Shown here piece after piece: positions 26,761 through 41,900 of a DNA stretch of 64,000 bases. The stretch covers positions 4,774,001-4,838,000 of the forward strand of contig CP158636.1 of the NCBI GenBank assembly GCA_050273025.1, in the 5' to 3' direction. The notes below the pieces were generated by a model, which was not told the DNA's origin, did not search any database, and worked only from the letters and a program-made list of their open reading frames with translations. Origin of the DNA: Cenococcum geophilum (taxonomy: Eukaryota). Both the position numbers and the translations under genes were made by a program. The number at the start of each line of letters is the position of its first letter. Position 1 is the stretch's first letter.

Positions 26761-29700
26761 AGTATCTATATTTCTATTAACGTACTACTATCACTCCACC
26801 GTCATTCCGTTATTGCCCCGCTAGTAGGGCGTAATCCCGGTTGTAATTAAAAGTTTTTTATTTTCCCGCCTACTTTCTCTTCTATTTGCCCCTTAGGGTA
26901 AAGTAACTATTATATATCTCCTTTGCGTCCTTATTAATGTCCTCTATAGGGACCTATTAGTTATATTTTTTTAGCTATCCTTTTTACTTAACTAGGTACT
27001 ATAGGGTTTGGTTATGTCCCTTTCTTCTATATACTTCTTCTACCTTATATTGGTCCTTTTAGTCCGTTTAATTGTCTAGCTTAATAGGCCCTAGTAGAGA
27101 GTCTTTAATAGTGCCCTTATATTATTTATATGGCTTTAGTAAGCTAATATAGAATACTAGGTGGATACGGTAAGACATAGGTAGATATAGTTAGTATACT
27201 TACTTTCCGACTAGTTTAGCTATACTAAAAGGTCCAATAAAGCGTGCTATAAGTTTCTTGCTTAGCCTTTTTAGTTTAAGGTTCTTAGTTAATAGTAAGA
27301 CTAGATCCCCTACTTTATATACCTATAGTTAGTAATAACGATTATAGTATTTTACTTACGCCTCGGCAGCGTATTTCTAGCGTTTCGCTAGCGCTTTATA
27401 TTTAAGGGATATCCTTTTAATCCTCTTAGAGGCGGCTAGAATAGAACTACTATTGTTTACCTTAACCTTATATTCTAGACGCGGGTAAAACCTATAGTAG
27501 GCATAGAATGGGCTTATACCCGTTGTGCTATATTTAGCATTATTATAGGCGAATTTAGCTAGCAGTAAGAGGCCTACCTAGTTGCTCTGCTTTTCATTAT
27601 AGAATATATAGAGGTAATACTCTAAGGTTTAGTTCTGGCGTTTTATTTGCCCGTTTATTTACGGGTAAAAGGCCGTACTTAGCCTATATTTAATCTTTAT
27701 AGTAAAGCATAGCTCCGACCAGAACTTATTAGTAAAGATACTGCCTTAATTAAATATAATCCCCCTAGGGGCTCTAAAATGGCGTACTATTTTATTAAGG
27801 AAGAGATCCGCGAGTTTAGTTATAGTAATAGTTTTTATTATAGGTAGATATAAGGCTATCTTAGTATAGTGGTCGACTATTATATATATTGCGTTATATA
27901 CCTTCTTGCCTTATTTGCTAGGCGGTAGGCCTATAATAAAGTCTATTATAATCTCCTGCTACGGCTAATCTGGGTAAGGTAGCGCTTAGAGCTTGCTATA
28001 AGGGTAATGTTAAGGCGTATATATACGCTGGTATAGATTATAGGTAGAGATATAGTTTATAACGTCCGTAGTTATACTAGGCTAGTAGTACTTACGCGAG
28101 AGGAGATTTAGAGTCTTTTTCTTACCGAAGTGGCTAGCTAGGGTATTATTGTGGTAGATCTATAGGAGCTTTATATAAACTATTGGGTCTAGGGGTATAT
28201 ATAACCTCCTGCGGTAATAAAGTAGTCTAGCGGAATTAAACTGCTATACTGGCTTTAAGCGGGCGCGTTAACGGCGTCTTGTTATATCTACGCTGTTGCT
28301 GCGCTTTTATAGCATAAAGTTATTTTTAGTCTAAAGTCCTTTAATAAGCTTAATAACTATTTCCGTACTAGACTTATAAGCACTCTCTTAAGTACTAGCT
28401 TCTTTAACTTGGGTCCTTATTATACGCTACTTAATAGTATACGTGTAGGTTGCCTAGTTAAACCGTAATACTATATAGCCCAGGCGTACCGCTGTTAGGT
28501 TGCCGGCTTATAGCCGTAAAAACGACACTTCTATAGAAGGCTCGCTTTCCTATATACCTAATAGGACTTTTATTTTAGGTTAGTGGCCCTATATTCCTAA
28601 AGTCCTTTAGAGTAATAGTAGTATAGTGTCTTTTTCTAGCGGACCCCCTGCGCCTAGGGGTTGCCTTAATAGCGCGTTTACGGGGTTTGTTTTTCCCGCC
28701 CTATACTTAATTATAAAGTTATAGGCAGCTAATGCTATAGCTTATCTGGCCTGCCGTCTATTAAGGGCTTTTACTTTTATAAAACCCTTTAAATTATTAT
28801 AATCTGTGAGCACTTCTAGGTGGCTTGATAGCCCCTTAATGTAGTGTCTCTAATGCTTAAAAGCCTCTATAATAGCTAGTAGCTCCTAATTATAGGTCTT
28901 ATAATTACGCTCTGCTAGCGAAAGCTTTCTAAACTAGAAGGCTATTGGATACTAAAGGCTATCTTTAAACAGCTATAATATAATTGCTGCTAGGCCTTAT
29001 ATAGAGGTATTAGTCTCTAACTGGGTTAGTAAGCCCGGTATATAGTGTTATAGGAGCGGCGCCGTTATAAAGGCGTTATAGAGCTGGCGTATTGCCTGCT
29101 CCGCCTCTTTTAGCTAACTAAAAGGCCTAGCTTTACGGCCGTTCTTTGCTCCCTTAAGGAGATTAGTAATAGGCTTTATAATAGTAGAGTATTTATAGAT
29201 AAACTAGTAATAGAAGTTAGTAAAACCTAGGAAGACCTAAATATCCCTATAGGATTAAGGGCTCTTTTACTTGGTAATAGCTTCTACTTAGCTAGGATCT
29301 ATTGCTACGCCTTTAGGACTAATAATATATCCTAGGAACTTAACCTTTTATACGCTAAACCTGTACTTCTTAAGGTTTACATATAGTTAATATTACTATA
29401 ACCTATATAGTACTTCTAGTATGTGGCGCTAGTGTTCCTTTAGATTTTCTAAGAAAATTAGAATATTATTAAGGTAGACTATATAGAAGACGTCTACTAG
29501 TCCTAATAAGGCTCGATTAATATAGCCCTAAAAGGTCGCTGGTCTGTTAGTTAACCTAAAAGGTAAAACTAAATACTTAAAGTGGCTGTAACGCGTATAG
29601 AACGCCGTCTTTTACTTATTGCCTTAATGGATACGAAGGCGGTGATATATATTTGTTAGGTCTAACTTAGTGAAGATCTTAGAACCTATTAAGCGGTCTA

Positions 29701-31004
29701 AGGTCTTACTGATTAATAGTAGTATAAGACGATTTTTGATTATTATTTTGTTAAGGCCTCTATAGTCTATATAGAGCCGCAGCTTCCTATCTTTTTTAGG
29801 TATAAATAGAATAGGTGCCCCTACGGGACTAGTACTTAGTTAGATCTAGCCTTTAGCTAAGGCGTTGTCTAAGTACTCCCTTAGTACCTTTAGCTCTTTA
29901 ACTAAGAGGTTATAGAGCGGTTTATATGGGACCTCCTATCCCTCTTCTAGGTTAATAGTATAGTCGCCCTAGTAGTGTTGGGGTAGCTTTCCTGCTTCCT
30001 TATATAAGAAGATATTATTAGCTTCTTTTAATTGTGGGGAAAGGACTAGTAAGCTGCCGTTATCTTATTTGCTAGGTATTAATTTAGTAATTACTAGGGC
30101 GAAGACCCTAGATTCCCTCTAGAGAGACTCTGCGAAACCCTTAGGGGTTTATAGTAATAGGGATAAGCCGTCTAGCTTTTATTGCTATGCCTTTGCCTTA
30201 TAGTTAATAAGAAGTTAGGCCTTCTTTAACCCTAGTATACCTAGGGTAATAGTAGGGGATATGTTAGCCATTCTATAGCAGATAAGGGTTACTTCCCTAA
30301 TTCTGCCCTAGCTGTCCTTTATTTATAATAGTACCTTATAGGCTTTATAGTAATATACCTAAGTTTTATTTAACTAGGAGTAGGTAGGTAATTCTGCGTT
30401 TAGTGTCTTAAAGTTATACTCTATTGTAAATTACTAATTAATTACATTTACTTCGGCGCCGAGATTAAGTATTACTAAGGTCTTCTTCTAAGTCTGCTAG
30501 AATAGGACTTCTTCTAAGATAGTAATAGCTTCCTTACGATCTAGTGGTAGCTTGCGTCTTATGGGTGTAAGGGGCTCCGAGGGCGCCTGCCTTTTCTTGG
30601 CGTAAAGATGGCGTTTACGCTGCTTGGTGGCGGCTGCTGTTACTGTCGCTACTTTAGGCATTATTGCTACCAATATCCTGGCTTGCTATAATTTTTGTAG
30701 TTTCCTTTAGGCTGAGCTAAACCCCCGGCGGTATTGCTTTGCCCCGCTGTTAAGTCGCTAGCAGTGGTTTTGGAGTTTGTTCTCCCTAAGTTACCTAACT
30801 AGGTGGTTTTTGTATTTAAGTTCGCGGCGCGCCTATTGCTTCTACCTTATAGGGCGCTTACGTTCTTCTGGTTTTCCTTTAATAGGGTAGCTAGGGAAAC
30901 TAGCTAGTCTTAAGTTTAAGGGAATTTTTAATAGTTGGTAATAGCAACCTGTAGCTCTAGCCGCAGCTTTACAAATAGATATATTATTAGATGCTTTGCA
31001 TTAT

Positions 31005-34000
31005 TGTAACGGAACCTTATAGTAAGAACTACAATGGGCTCGTTATTGGGCTAGGTGTGTAGGAAATGCAAGTATAAAAGTTAACAACGTAATAATAACT
31101 GGTGGAGTGGTTGCCTAACAGATTAACTCTAATTATATTCTGAGAATCACTATAAGGAAGGAACTATCTAGGTAGGGACTAAGGGTCCTTAAATACACAA
31201 CCGTACTCCTATAAAATCCTTCTTATACGTAATATACGTCTTATATATAAGGTACGTAAGTTTCTCTCGTTCCTCTTATTTAATACGTAGCATATTATAT
31301 AACCTTAGTTACTATTCCTTATCACATAGTTCTATTAGCTCTATCCTAAACCGTGCCTAAATTAACTAACTAGCTTCTTCCGTCTCTTCTCTAAGTAGTT
31401 ATAATATTGTACTTAAAGCGTCCGTAACACTATCTCCCTCCTCTTTATCTTTATCCTTAAAGATTTAAAACATCTCTAAGTTGTTTACTAGAGGTATAAT
31501 ATCCGTCTAATTAATTTGGTTAATATTATTGCTTATTATACCTAAAGCAATTTCTTCTTTATACGCCCAACGTCGTGCTCGCACTATTGCTGCAATATTA
31601 TCTCTTAGTAAGATTATACCGTCTCCATATTCTTATTGCTTAAAAAAGGGATTAGTTTATATTGCGTTAGCGAACCTATTTTTATAATAACTGTCCTCTT
31701 GCTCGGAGTGTACTAAAGCAAATATTCGTTCGTTCTATAACGTTCGCTCTACTTCTAATACTAAATATACGCGACCTATTACTCTTAATAGTCATCTAGT
31801 TCCCTAATTAATTTATCTTAGGGTTTTATATTTAATCTGCTGCTATGCGGCTAGATAGTGAATTGTTATAAGCCTTTACTAAGTTAGAACGTTCCTATAA
31901 CGCGGAATAGAAGGCTCTAGATACTTAAATTACGGCGTCTACTTGTCTGCTTTGTCTTAAGAAGGTTTATAAGAAGGTTTATTTTAAGGAGTAAAAACTT
32001 ATAGAATAAGGTTTATAGGAACTAGGTAATAAAAGAACGGATTCTCTTTTAATGAAGAAGGAAATAGATCTAAGTAGTTCGGCAACTACTCTTTTTGGGT
32101 CCCCCTTAGGTGACTTATTCTTTAGCAATCCTTTTTTATTAATACTACCTAACCTAATCTCTTCTAATACTCCTATACCTTTTCTATAGCATTCTTTAAA
32201 TTCTCTAGTAGCTTCTAGGTAGTCTTAGTGTAGCCTATCCACTTAACCTCGTACCATGTTTTATTGTCGGTGTCCTTATAATTAACAATTTTCGAAACTT
32301 ACTATTTGTCTTCTTCTTATCCTCTATACGTATCTACTTTATAGACCGGTAGCTTAATATTCCTATATACTGGCTCTAGCATTGCAATGTGCTATATAGG
32401 GTAGATCTTTATTTTAGCTAGTAGGTTTAACTTAAACGTAATTAGTAAAATCCTTTATATAATTTTAAAAGGTCCTAGTCTAACATAGTTTAACTTCTTG
32501 CTTAGTTGTTAACTTTTAAAATTTTTATATAGTAGCCACACTTTATCTCCCTCCTTAAGATCTGGTCCCTTAGATCTCCTAGCATTATAGTACTTTTTTA
32601 TTCTCTTTTATACTTTCTTTACTAATTCTATAAAGTCTGTATAAAGATTTATTAACGTCTTTATTCTTTCTTTAGCTATACTACTCATTTTCTTTACTTA
32701 CCGTAGTAATAACAATGTTCTTAGCTTATATCCGTAATTTGCCTTAAATGGTAATATGCCTATTCCTTTTTAAGGTATTGTATTATATATAAACTATATA
32801 ACTAGTAATAGTAATACCTAATTATTCTATATATAATTAATATAATGCCTTAAATACTATTCTAGCGTCTAATTTAATCTTTCTATTTAACCGTCTGTCT
32901 ATAGATAATATACGGTAGAAGTTGCTGCTTAAACTCCTTGCTCTACTAAGAACACTTCCTAAAATACTACTACGAATCTTAAATCTCTATCCGATATAAT
33001 CTTACTTAGTACTCTATATCTTATAAATACTTCTTTAACGTAGATTCTAGCAATATCTTCCGCTAAGATTTCTTCTATATATGCTATAAAGTATCCCCAC
33101 TTTATAAGCTTATCTACTATTACTAAGATCGCGTTATAATCTTATCCGGTAATAGGATCTTTTAATTTTAGTAACTTAATAATAAAGTCCCATAATATAA
33201 CCTCCCATAGTCTCTCTGGTATTTTAATAGATTATAGCCCTCTATATGGCTTATACCTTATTAGTTTATTCCTTTAGCAATCTAGATATTCCTTTATAAC
33301 TTTTCTAGCCATCCTCTAAATTCCGTTAATAATGTACTCCTTCTAAAGTCTTAACACTAAGCCCATAGCTCCATTGTGTCCTTAAGTTAGTCCCTTATAA
33401 AAGTCTTCTATAAACTACTCTACTATGCTTTTTAGGATATACTTTACTTCTTAATTTTTATATATATCCGTTTATAGATCTTTTAGCTATGCTTCTAGAA
33501 TTCTTTATACCTAAAAGCTTTCTAATATCTCGTAGACTTTCTTTAGTTTATTATCTTTTTAAGTTACTATAATTTTCGGATAATTATACCTAATTAATCT
33601 GTCTATATCTCTTTGCAATAAAGCCCCTAATAGCTTTGCCTTATTTTATAGTTTAGCTTTATAGCTTAGAGCATCTACCCGCGTATTATCTATACCCTTA
33701 GTATACTAAATCTTAAAATAGTATTCTGTAAGCATCTCTACCCATCTAACCTATTTTTAGTTAAGTTCCTTTATCGTTAGGAATCCTATTAGGTTCTTAT
33801 AATCCGTCTTAACTATAAATAGTTTCTCTATGCCTTATAAGAATGCTCTTTATTTCTTTAATACTATAACTATACCTAATAACTCCTTATTGTAGATGTT
33901 ATAGTTTAACTCTAGTAGTGTTATCTTTTAACTATAGTATGCTACTAGGTGCCATCTGTTTTAATACCTTTATATAAAGCACGCCCCTAGTATATAATTT

Positions 34001-37000
34001 AATATATCTATCTCTATAACCGTCTCTAGTCCTAGTTAATAGATCTTAAGAACTAGCTCCTAGGTAAACAACTTTTTAACTTTCTTAAAAAGTTCTCTTT
34101 ACTCCTTTTCCTATACCCATAGTTCTTCTTTCTTTATTAACCGCGTAAATAGCTTAATATTCTTTAACTACTGCGCTATAAACCTTCTACAGTAATTGCA
34201 AAACCCTAAAAACAATTTTAACTATATAACGTTCTCTAGTTCCTACTAATTTACTATAGCCTTAATCTTCTTTAAATCTATACTAAGTTAGCCTAGTTTA
34301 ATAATAAATTTAACAAAATCGGTTTTTCTAGTAAAGAACTCGCATTTCTTAATTACTACTAGTATCTGTTCTTCTTATAGTCTCTTTAAGACCCATTTAA
34401 CGTATTCCCCGTATTCTTCTTTAGTTATTAAGTAGATAATAATATTATTAAGATATACTATAACAAATTTATCTAAGTGTTCTCCTAATATATTATTAAT
34501 ACGCTTCTAAAACGTTGCTAGTGCGTTTATAAGCCCGAATTATATAACTAATAGTTTATATAGTCCTTCCTTTAACCTAAAGGCTGCCTTTTATTTATCG
34601 CCTTCCTTAATTCTAATCTAATAGTACGCCTATCTTAGATCTATCTTTATAAAGATTTGCGCATTGCCTATTCTGTCTTAGATTTCGCTAATTAAGGGTA
34701 AAGGATACCTATCCTTCCTAGTAATGCTATTTAACTATCTATAGTCGATATACAGCCTTAGTTTACTATTTTTCTTTAGTATAAATAGTACTGGATAACC
34801 CGCTAATAACTATAATAGTCTAATATATCCCTTTTATAGATTTTCCTAGATAAACTCTTTTAACGCTCTACCTTCTTCTTTGGTAAGCTTATAAATTAGA
34901 AAAAACTTTAAACTTATTTCTAGTTCTAATTCTATCTTATAGTCCTATACTACATATTCTAACAGCTTTTTACTCTCTAGTAACTATAGTTTTTTACCAT
35001 ACTTATAGTATCTCTTTAGTATATAACTTAGTCCTTTTTCTGTTTCTTTATAGGTCGCTCCTACTTAATACCATACTAACTTAGCTTATTATTATATCTT
35101 GCGGCGTTAAGTATCTCTAATATCGACCTAACCTATAATCCAATCGATCCTTAGATTATATTCCTATAACTAAGGCATACCTAATACTGCCTCATCCCGT
35201 CCTAATGGTAGGATATTAAAAGATATCTTAATTTGTCTTCCTTTAATAGTTATCTAAATAGGTCCTATTTTAAGATTAATAATCCCTCCTCTATAGGTTA
35301 TTAGATCTCCTAAAATCATAACTAATAGGTAAAGTTGCTCCTTTTATCTATAAGGTAGTCCCATTCTCTTAACTACTACTAGTAAGATATAGTTTCGCGT
35401 TACTTTACTATCTATTAGCGCTTTAAACTGCTAATCTTACTAATTAACTCGTAAATTTAGGTATTATCCTTAAATTCCTTTAAGGGTCTAAGGCTCTACC
35501 ACTGGCTCCCTCTAGTCCCGTAGGCCTTTACTTTTCCTAACTATTAGCTGCTTAATCCTAGTATACTTAGCTCGCTCTTTAGCCAATACCTAGTTCGCTT
35601 TTTATCTTTAATATACTATAAACACATATTTTCTAGGCATTCCCACTACTATTGTCCGTCTAAGCATTCTTCTATAAGGAATCTTCCTAGTTAAAGTGCT
35701 AAACTTCCTTCCTCTTAGGCCTCTGCTAGATGCTATCTATGCATATATTTAGCATTCCTGTACTATTACTTGTCTATTATTTAGTATATCCTTATAGGGT
35801 ATTTCCAATTCTTTTCCTTCGGATTCTTATACATTTCGTATATATTGTCTATATACGCAATCCATAATAACGTGTGGTGTGCTAGGTGCTTTAGGTTAAC
35901 TCTTAGCTCGTCTTTATCCCTAAGTTTAAACCTTTATTATACTAATCTAAACGTTATAACTTTATTTATAGGTACTAAGATGCGTCTCTTACTTCTCTAG
36001 TCCTCTAAACGTTCCTCTAGATCCTTTAACGTTATAATTAAGGCTCCTTTAATATATGTTATAGCCTTCTCTATAATTGGGTGGTCTTAAATAACTTTTT
36101 TATCTAACTATATATAGAAATCTTCCTACTTATTATTGCGCCTTTGCCTATACTACTTTTAGTATAGCTGCTGGAGTGTATATAGTTTATCCGTAAGGAA
36201 GTATCTTCTTATTACTATATTATAACAGCCCTTTATATATCGTTCTTCGAACCTAGTTAGAATCCCTAGATTCTCTTTATTTTCTAGTTTGGTAAGCTAC
36301 TTAGCTCTTAGTATACCTACTCTCGGCCTATTAGTGATTCTTTATACTAGTACTCTATCCTTTATACGTCCTAATATGCTAGATCTCTTATCTAGTTTCT
36401 GTTCTTGCTATGCAATAATTCTTTACCTAAACTCTTTTATAGTTTCTTTTAGTTTGCGCCTTACGCTCTAATCCTTAAAGTCGTCTTACTTCTTAATCCT
36501 AGTATTAACTTTTTAATCTTTAGTCCGAACACTTTGTTTAACTAGTAAATCCTCTAGGTCTATATATTCGTCTCTTAATCTAATTACTATTTATACCGCA
36601 GATTCTCTAATCTATAAAAAAGCTCCTTATCTCTTATCTATAAGTGTCCTAATTCGTACTTCGAATTCTTAGCCCCTTAGGTTCTTTAATCCCGAGCTTG
36701 CTTCTAACTTAAGCTTAACTCCAGCCTTAGTCTAACTAGGCTTCTATAGTGTTCTTATCTTGTCTTAAAAGTCTTAAATCTTACTTATTTCGTCTTAAGA
36801 ATCTTATACCTATAGGAAACTCTATCCTAAGCTTATTCGTATATTTCTGAACTAAGCTACTGCCCTACTCTATTGGTTTTCGTCCGTTATAGGTCCTTAG
36901 GTATACCTTATCTTATCTTAAGAATCTTAGTTGTCTCTTATCTTGTCTTAAGAATCTTAAGCCTTTGGCCTTTTACCTTTATTAAGTGCCGAAGTAGTTC

Positions 37001-38955
37001 GCTATCCTACTTCTCTTGCGTCTCGCGAAGCGATAGACATTATATTTAGTGGGGTTTTAATCCCTACTAATGTTCCCTATTCTATAGTGGAATTATCCTC
37101 TACCTTTAGTATAATATTTCCGAGGTCTGCTCGCTCCTAGTAAGCGGCCCTTGTTGCCTTATTATCACGGAATGTTTCGCCTAAGTTAAATTTATTGTCC
37201 TTAATATCCAATCTGCGAACTAGTTTATTAGTTCCTCTACATCCTATAGGTGCTGGCTCTTATAGCTAATAGCTTACGCCATACTTAGCGTCCTTATAAA
37301 TTTAGCATGCGTTATTATAACAAAACGCAAAACTTTTAATTAAATATTCTTTTGTTCCTCGTAGCATATTATTATCCCTCTATACGTATATATCGTCTAC
37401 TAGTCTCGTGCCTTTTACTATATAGTAACTCTACCCACTTTTATAGTCTCTAACGTAATAACCCTATTTTCCGTAATTTATGTAAGCTCCTTCTTTAAAC
37501 CATTTCTCTTACTATAGAGTCTACCTAAATGTCTTCTGCTGTTAAGATCCCTAATTTAGCCTTTGCTTCTTAGACCTTTAATTACTTAATTCTTATCCTC
37601 TAGGTTTCTACGGTTTGCTCTATCTCTTATAGGCTTCTTTAGTACCACTTAGGTCTATTAGCTTTATACCATACCATAATTTCTAACTTAGCTTTTGTCG
37701 TTGCGTACTTTACGCCTTATATAACTATAGAACTCTATTCTAGCCTCTCTTAGCCTATTCCCTTTAATAAATCTAATTGTTGATCTTAATTACCTAATCT
37801 ATTAGTTCCCTTAAGGTATCTATATCTTTTATTAGGATAATTACATCCTAGACTTTAGCCTTAAGTCCCTATTTATACTGTGCTATAAGCGCCCTGTTAT
37901 TCCACTCTACTTATATTGCTAGTGTTTAGAACTATATTATATACTTAATTGCTAAAGTTTATTGCACGAGGTTCTAGAGTTTTCTTTCCGCTATAGTTGT
38001 TTCTTCTAGGTTTCTAAACATTTGCATAAGCCGTTCTATAAATCCTTCCTAATTTAAGAATATAAATCACACGTCTTGGTTAGTGGTTGTTATTCCGTTT
38101 GCCTATATCTCCATAAGGTAAGGTTTAAACTACTTAAGTGCTTTTCCTAATAAGAATAGTCCTACGTAAGCTATCCGATCCACAGGTATAGGTAACTTTG
38201 CTCCCTCTTATAAGACCTTAAAGTACATTTACATAAGGAATCCTTTAAGCTTTAACCTCTCTTCTATAAATCTCTTAATTAATAATAGCTTAATCTTTAC
38301 TACTCCTATCCCGTTAAGTCTTTCTTCTAATACTGTATTATTAGCTATTAACTAGTTAACTATTTCCTATAGCTGTTTAACCGTCACAGGTTGCTATAAG
38401 TTAGTATTTGCTATACTAGTGTTACCTCCTATCCTTAAAGTAGTTGCTGCCGTTAATGGCGTTGTGGTGGCTGCTTTTGGTGGCATATTATTTAACTTCT
38501 TATATTAATACTGTAACTAGGTAGTAATTGTGTAACGGAACCTTGTAGCAAGAACTACAATGGGCTTGTTATTAGGCTAGGTGTATAAGAAATGCAAGTA
38601 TAAAAGTTAACAACGTAATAATAACTGGTGGAGTGGTTGCCCAATAGATTAACTCTAATTATATTCTAAGAATTACTATAAGGAAGGAACTATCTAAGTA
38701 GGGACTAAGGGTCCTTAAATACACAACCGTACTCCTATAAAATCCTTCTTATACGTAATATACGTCTTATACGTAAGGTACGTAAGTTCCTCTCGTTCCT
38801 CTCGTTTAATATATAGCATATTATGTGACCTCGGTTACCATTCCTCGTCACATAGTTCTATCGGCTCTATTCTGGACCGTGCCTAAATTAACCAACTAGC
38901 TTCTTCCGTCTCTTCTCTAAGTAGTCGTAACATTGTACTTAAAGCGTCCGTAACA
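31005..38955 (-). mobile_element. Gypsy chromovirus, family A copy 2, full length, nested in gag of E
   Basis: 425-bp LTRs at 31005-31429 and 38531-38955; TSD ATTAT at 31000-31004 and 38956-38960; gag ATG ~38486; RT ~34450; integrase and chromodomain ~32180-33400. Confidence 0.97.
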
Positions 38956-41900
38956 ATTATAAGGAGGGTTTATTTACGCTTTTAAGGAGGTTAGGTAAGC
39001 AGTAAACTTATTTACTAGTTAATTGGTTCGCTGTATTACCCTTAAATAGGTTAGGGCTATATGGAGTTCTTAATTAATAGGACTTTTAATCTAGTTAAGT
39101 AGGAATTCTATAAGCTCCTTTTAGGTGAACTACGTATCTGGATAGTTATCTTTGTACTATAGCTAAAGGGTTTAGTTGGTCCCCTTTATATATTATATAA
39201 TAAACGCGACTTTAGTATCTTTATCCGTAAAGCCGTCGTGCTCTAGGCGGAATGTTAGCTTTAAGCTATTATAGAAGTCTTGGTGCTCTTATATGGTCTT
39301 ACTATAATATAGAGCAATCTTCTCTATTTTAATAGCCTGTTTTAACGGAGCGCCTATTATATTAGTAGCCTTCCGCTTAAGGTTTAGATATATCTGGCTA
39401 CTATCTAAGTACTTTAATAGGATAGTTTAAGGTTATAGATCTAGGTTAGGAATAGGAGTTAATATTGCTTTACCGCGTTAACGCCGTCTTAGTACTTCTA
39501 CCTCTTCCCTAAGTAAGTATAGTTTTCTTTACTTTAGGAGTTGTAGCTTCTCGTTTTCTAGCTGTTATATTTCTTCCTATATATTCCTTTTATCTGTAGC
39601 TTCCGGTTCTGTCTAGGACGATATAGGTTCGCCTATATTATCCTAGGGCTGATCCCCAGGCTTAGTAGTATATACTGCGCTAGTACGCCCGCGTCTCGCT
39701 ATTAGGTTAATAGGCTGCGATATAGTTAATAAATATAGGTTGTCTTCTTGACAGAGGGTTGCCGCTACGTAGTCGTGGCCTTAGTAGACCGCTGTGTTGT
39801 CAGGCTACTACCCCTAAAAAGGGATAAGAATTTAGTACTATTAGGACGCTAAGGTCCTTAGGGCATGTAGTAATATAATAATAGTAATGGGATACAAAGA
39901 GTATCTAGTTCTTAATAAAGTAGAACTGTAAAACTAAATTCTGCTGTTCTCTAATACAGGGCGACTATGTTTTGTAGGCGCCTCGCCTGTGCCTTACCTA
40001 CGCTAAGCCGGTTACGGCTAGTGCGTCTCTATAGCCTAATAGTTCTAATAGCTCTATACTAAATTAGGGGTAATAACCCTTATTTATAAAGAACAGGGTA
40101 AGTCCTATAGTGGTTAAGACATAGTTATTTGCTATAAATTTACCTAGTAGGAGGTAATCTACCCAGTTATCTTAACTATAGGCAACTACTTATTGTAGGT
40201 ACGCTTTTATACTAATATTAGCATTTTCTGGTTACCTAGTAGTTTTATAGTAGAAGGATATAGATATCTTAATAGAGATGCTAAGGCGTTAGTAGATTTG
40301 TCTCTATATATTAGAGTTAAATTATATGCCTTAGTTAGACGTAATTAAGTTAGGTAACCTATATAGTCGGTAGGCTTTATAAAGGAAGGCGTTAGTAACG
40401 TTGCTAACAGCTACGCCTTTAGTTAGGACGTAGTGGCGCTCTTTTATAAGTCGGTATATTATTATAAGGATATTCTTATAGGTATAGCCATGTCGTGTAT
40501 AGGGTAGTAGGTTAATAATAAAATCTATAGCGATATTTGCCCATTATTATATAGGTACTAGTAGAGGGTGTAATAGTCCTTAGTACTTTATATTAAAGGC
40601 CTTAGCGCGCTTATAACCGTAGTAGGCGCCTATAAAGTGTTTAACTAAGTCTATTATTTTTAGCTAGAAGTAGTATCGGCTAAAAGGCTTATAGGTTTTT
40701 TTTTACCTAGGTAGCCGCTTAACTAGAGGTCGTAGGCCATTTAAATTAGTTGCTGTTATAAATTTTTTAAATTAGGGATAAATAGGCGGCCTCTATAATA
40801 GAGCCTATTCTCTTTTACTTTTAAGGCTGCTATATTAATCTAGCCTAAGCTTTAAAGGTTAGTAGGTAGCGTATAGGCGCTAGTAGTTTTTGCGGTAATA
40901 AGTTAATATAGTAATGGGTTAATAGAGGCGTTATATACCGTAGTAATAAGCTTATTAATTTTAGGAGGTAACTTTAGTTCTATAGTATAAAGCTAGGGTA
41001 TAGTTAGCTCTATTATAGGTAGTATGCCTAGGGCTAAATTTTATACTTTTAGGATTGTCTGTTGTTAGAACTAATTATAGGGGTTATTTTTAAACTAAGG
41101 AAGGTCTTATAAGCGGCGTATTAGGCTATTAGGTTTAGTACCTTATACTTTTAGTTTATATATAATTTTAAAGTTAAAACTAGAGAGGAACTCGTTCTAA
41201 TATGCTTAGCGTTAGTTTAGCTACTTTATAGTTATAAAGTACTTAAGGTTGTAATAGTCCGTAAGGACTTTAGTTAGCTAGTTAGGCTCTGCTAAGGAGA
41301 GTTCTAGTTAGAATTCTTTAAACGCTTATATAATTATAAGGAGTTCTTTATTATAAATCTTATAGTTATACTTTTATAGTATAAGCTTAGATAAGTAGAA
41401 TATAACTAGGTAAAGGAGACCGTTATTACCTATTTAGGAAAGGACGCCTGCGTTAACGTAGTCTAAGGAGTTGGTTTTAAGGTAGAGTTATTATCCTAGT
41501 ATAAAGTAAGCTAGAATAGGTGCTTTAGTAAAGGCATTTTTAAGGTCTTAGAACGCCTTCTTGTATTTAGGCGTTTAGGTAAAGCGTAGATACGTTTTTC
41601 TTCCTTTTATAGAAAGGCCCTTTGTTCGTATTATTGCTATAAGTGGTACTACTACGCCTAAGAAGTTATATATAAATTTCTAATAGAAGTTAGCAAAACT
41701 AAGGAAGGCTTATACGTCCTTAATACAGTTAGGGGCTTACTATTTAGTAATTATATATACCTTCTTAGGGTCTATACGGACACCCTTAGTAGTAATAATT
41801 AGTCTAAGGTATTTTACTTCTATAACTAAGAATTTGCATTTCTTTAAATTAATATAAAGTCTTATGTCCCTAAGGCGCTATAGGACCTTTTTAACGTGTT

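Larger units (their letters stand above)
25510..40041 (-). mobile_element. Gypsy chromovirus, family E, nested in the integrase region of C
   Basis: 203-bp LTRs at 25510-25712 and 39839-40041; TSD GTTCT at 25505-25509 and 40042-40046; PPT ~25716-25729; RT VYLNNIL ~29470; integrase ~27500-28150; gag 38961-39720. Confidence 0.96.

Noticed and set aside
1567..36471. Short track ORFs in the AT-rich region (e.g. 1567-1833, 5180-5362, 14398-14601, 15497-15736, 18875-19090, 19472-19663, 36289-36471; also 60094-60297)
   Set aside because: They are antisense shadows of RIP-mutated transposon ORFs, and their I/L/Y/S-rich composition is a RIP artefact.
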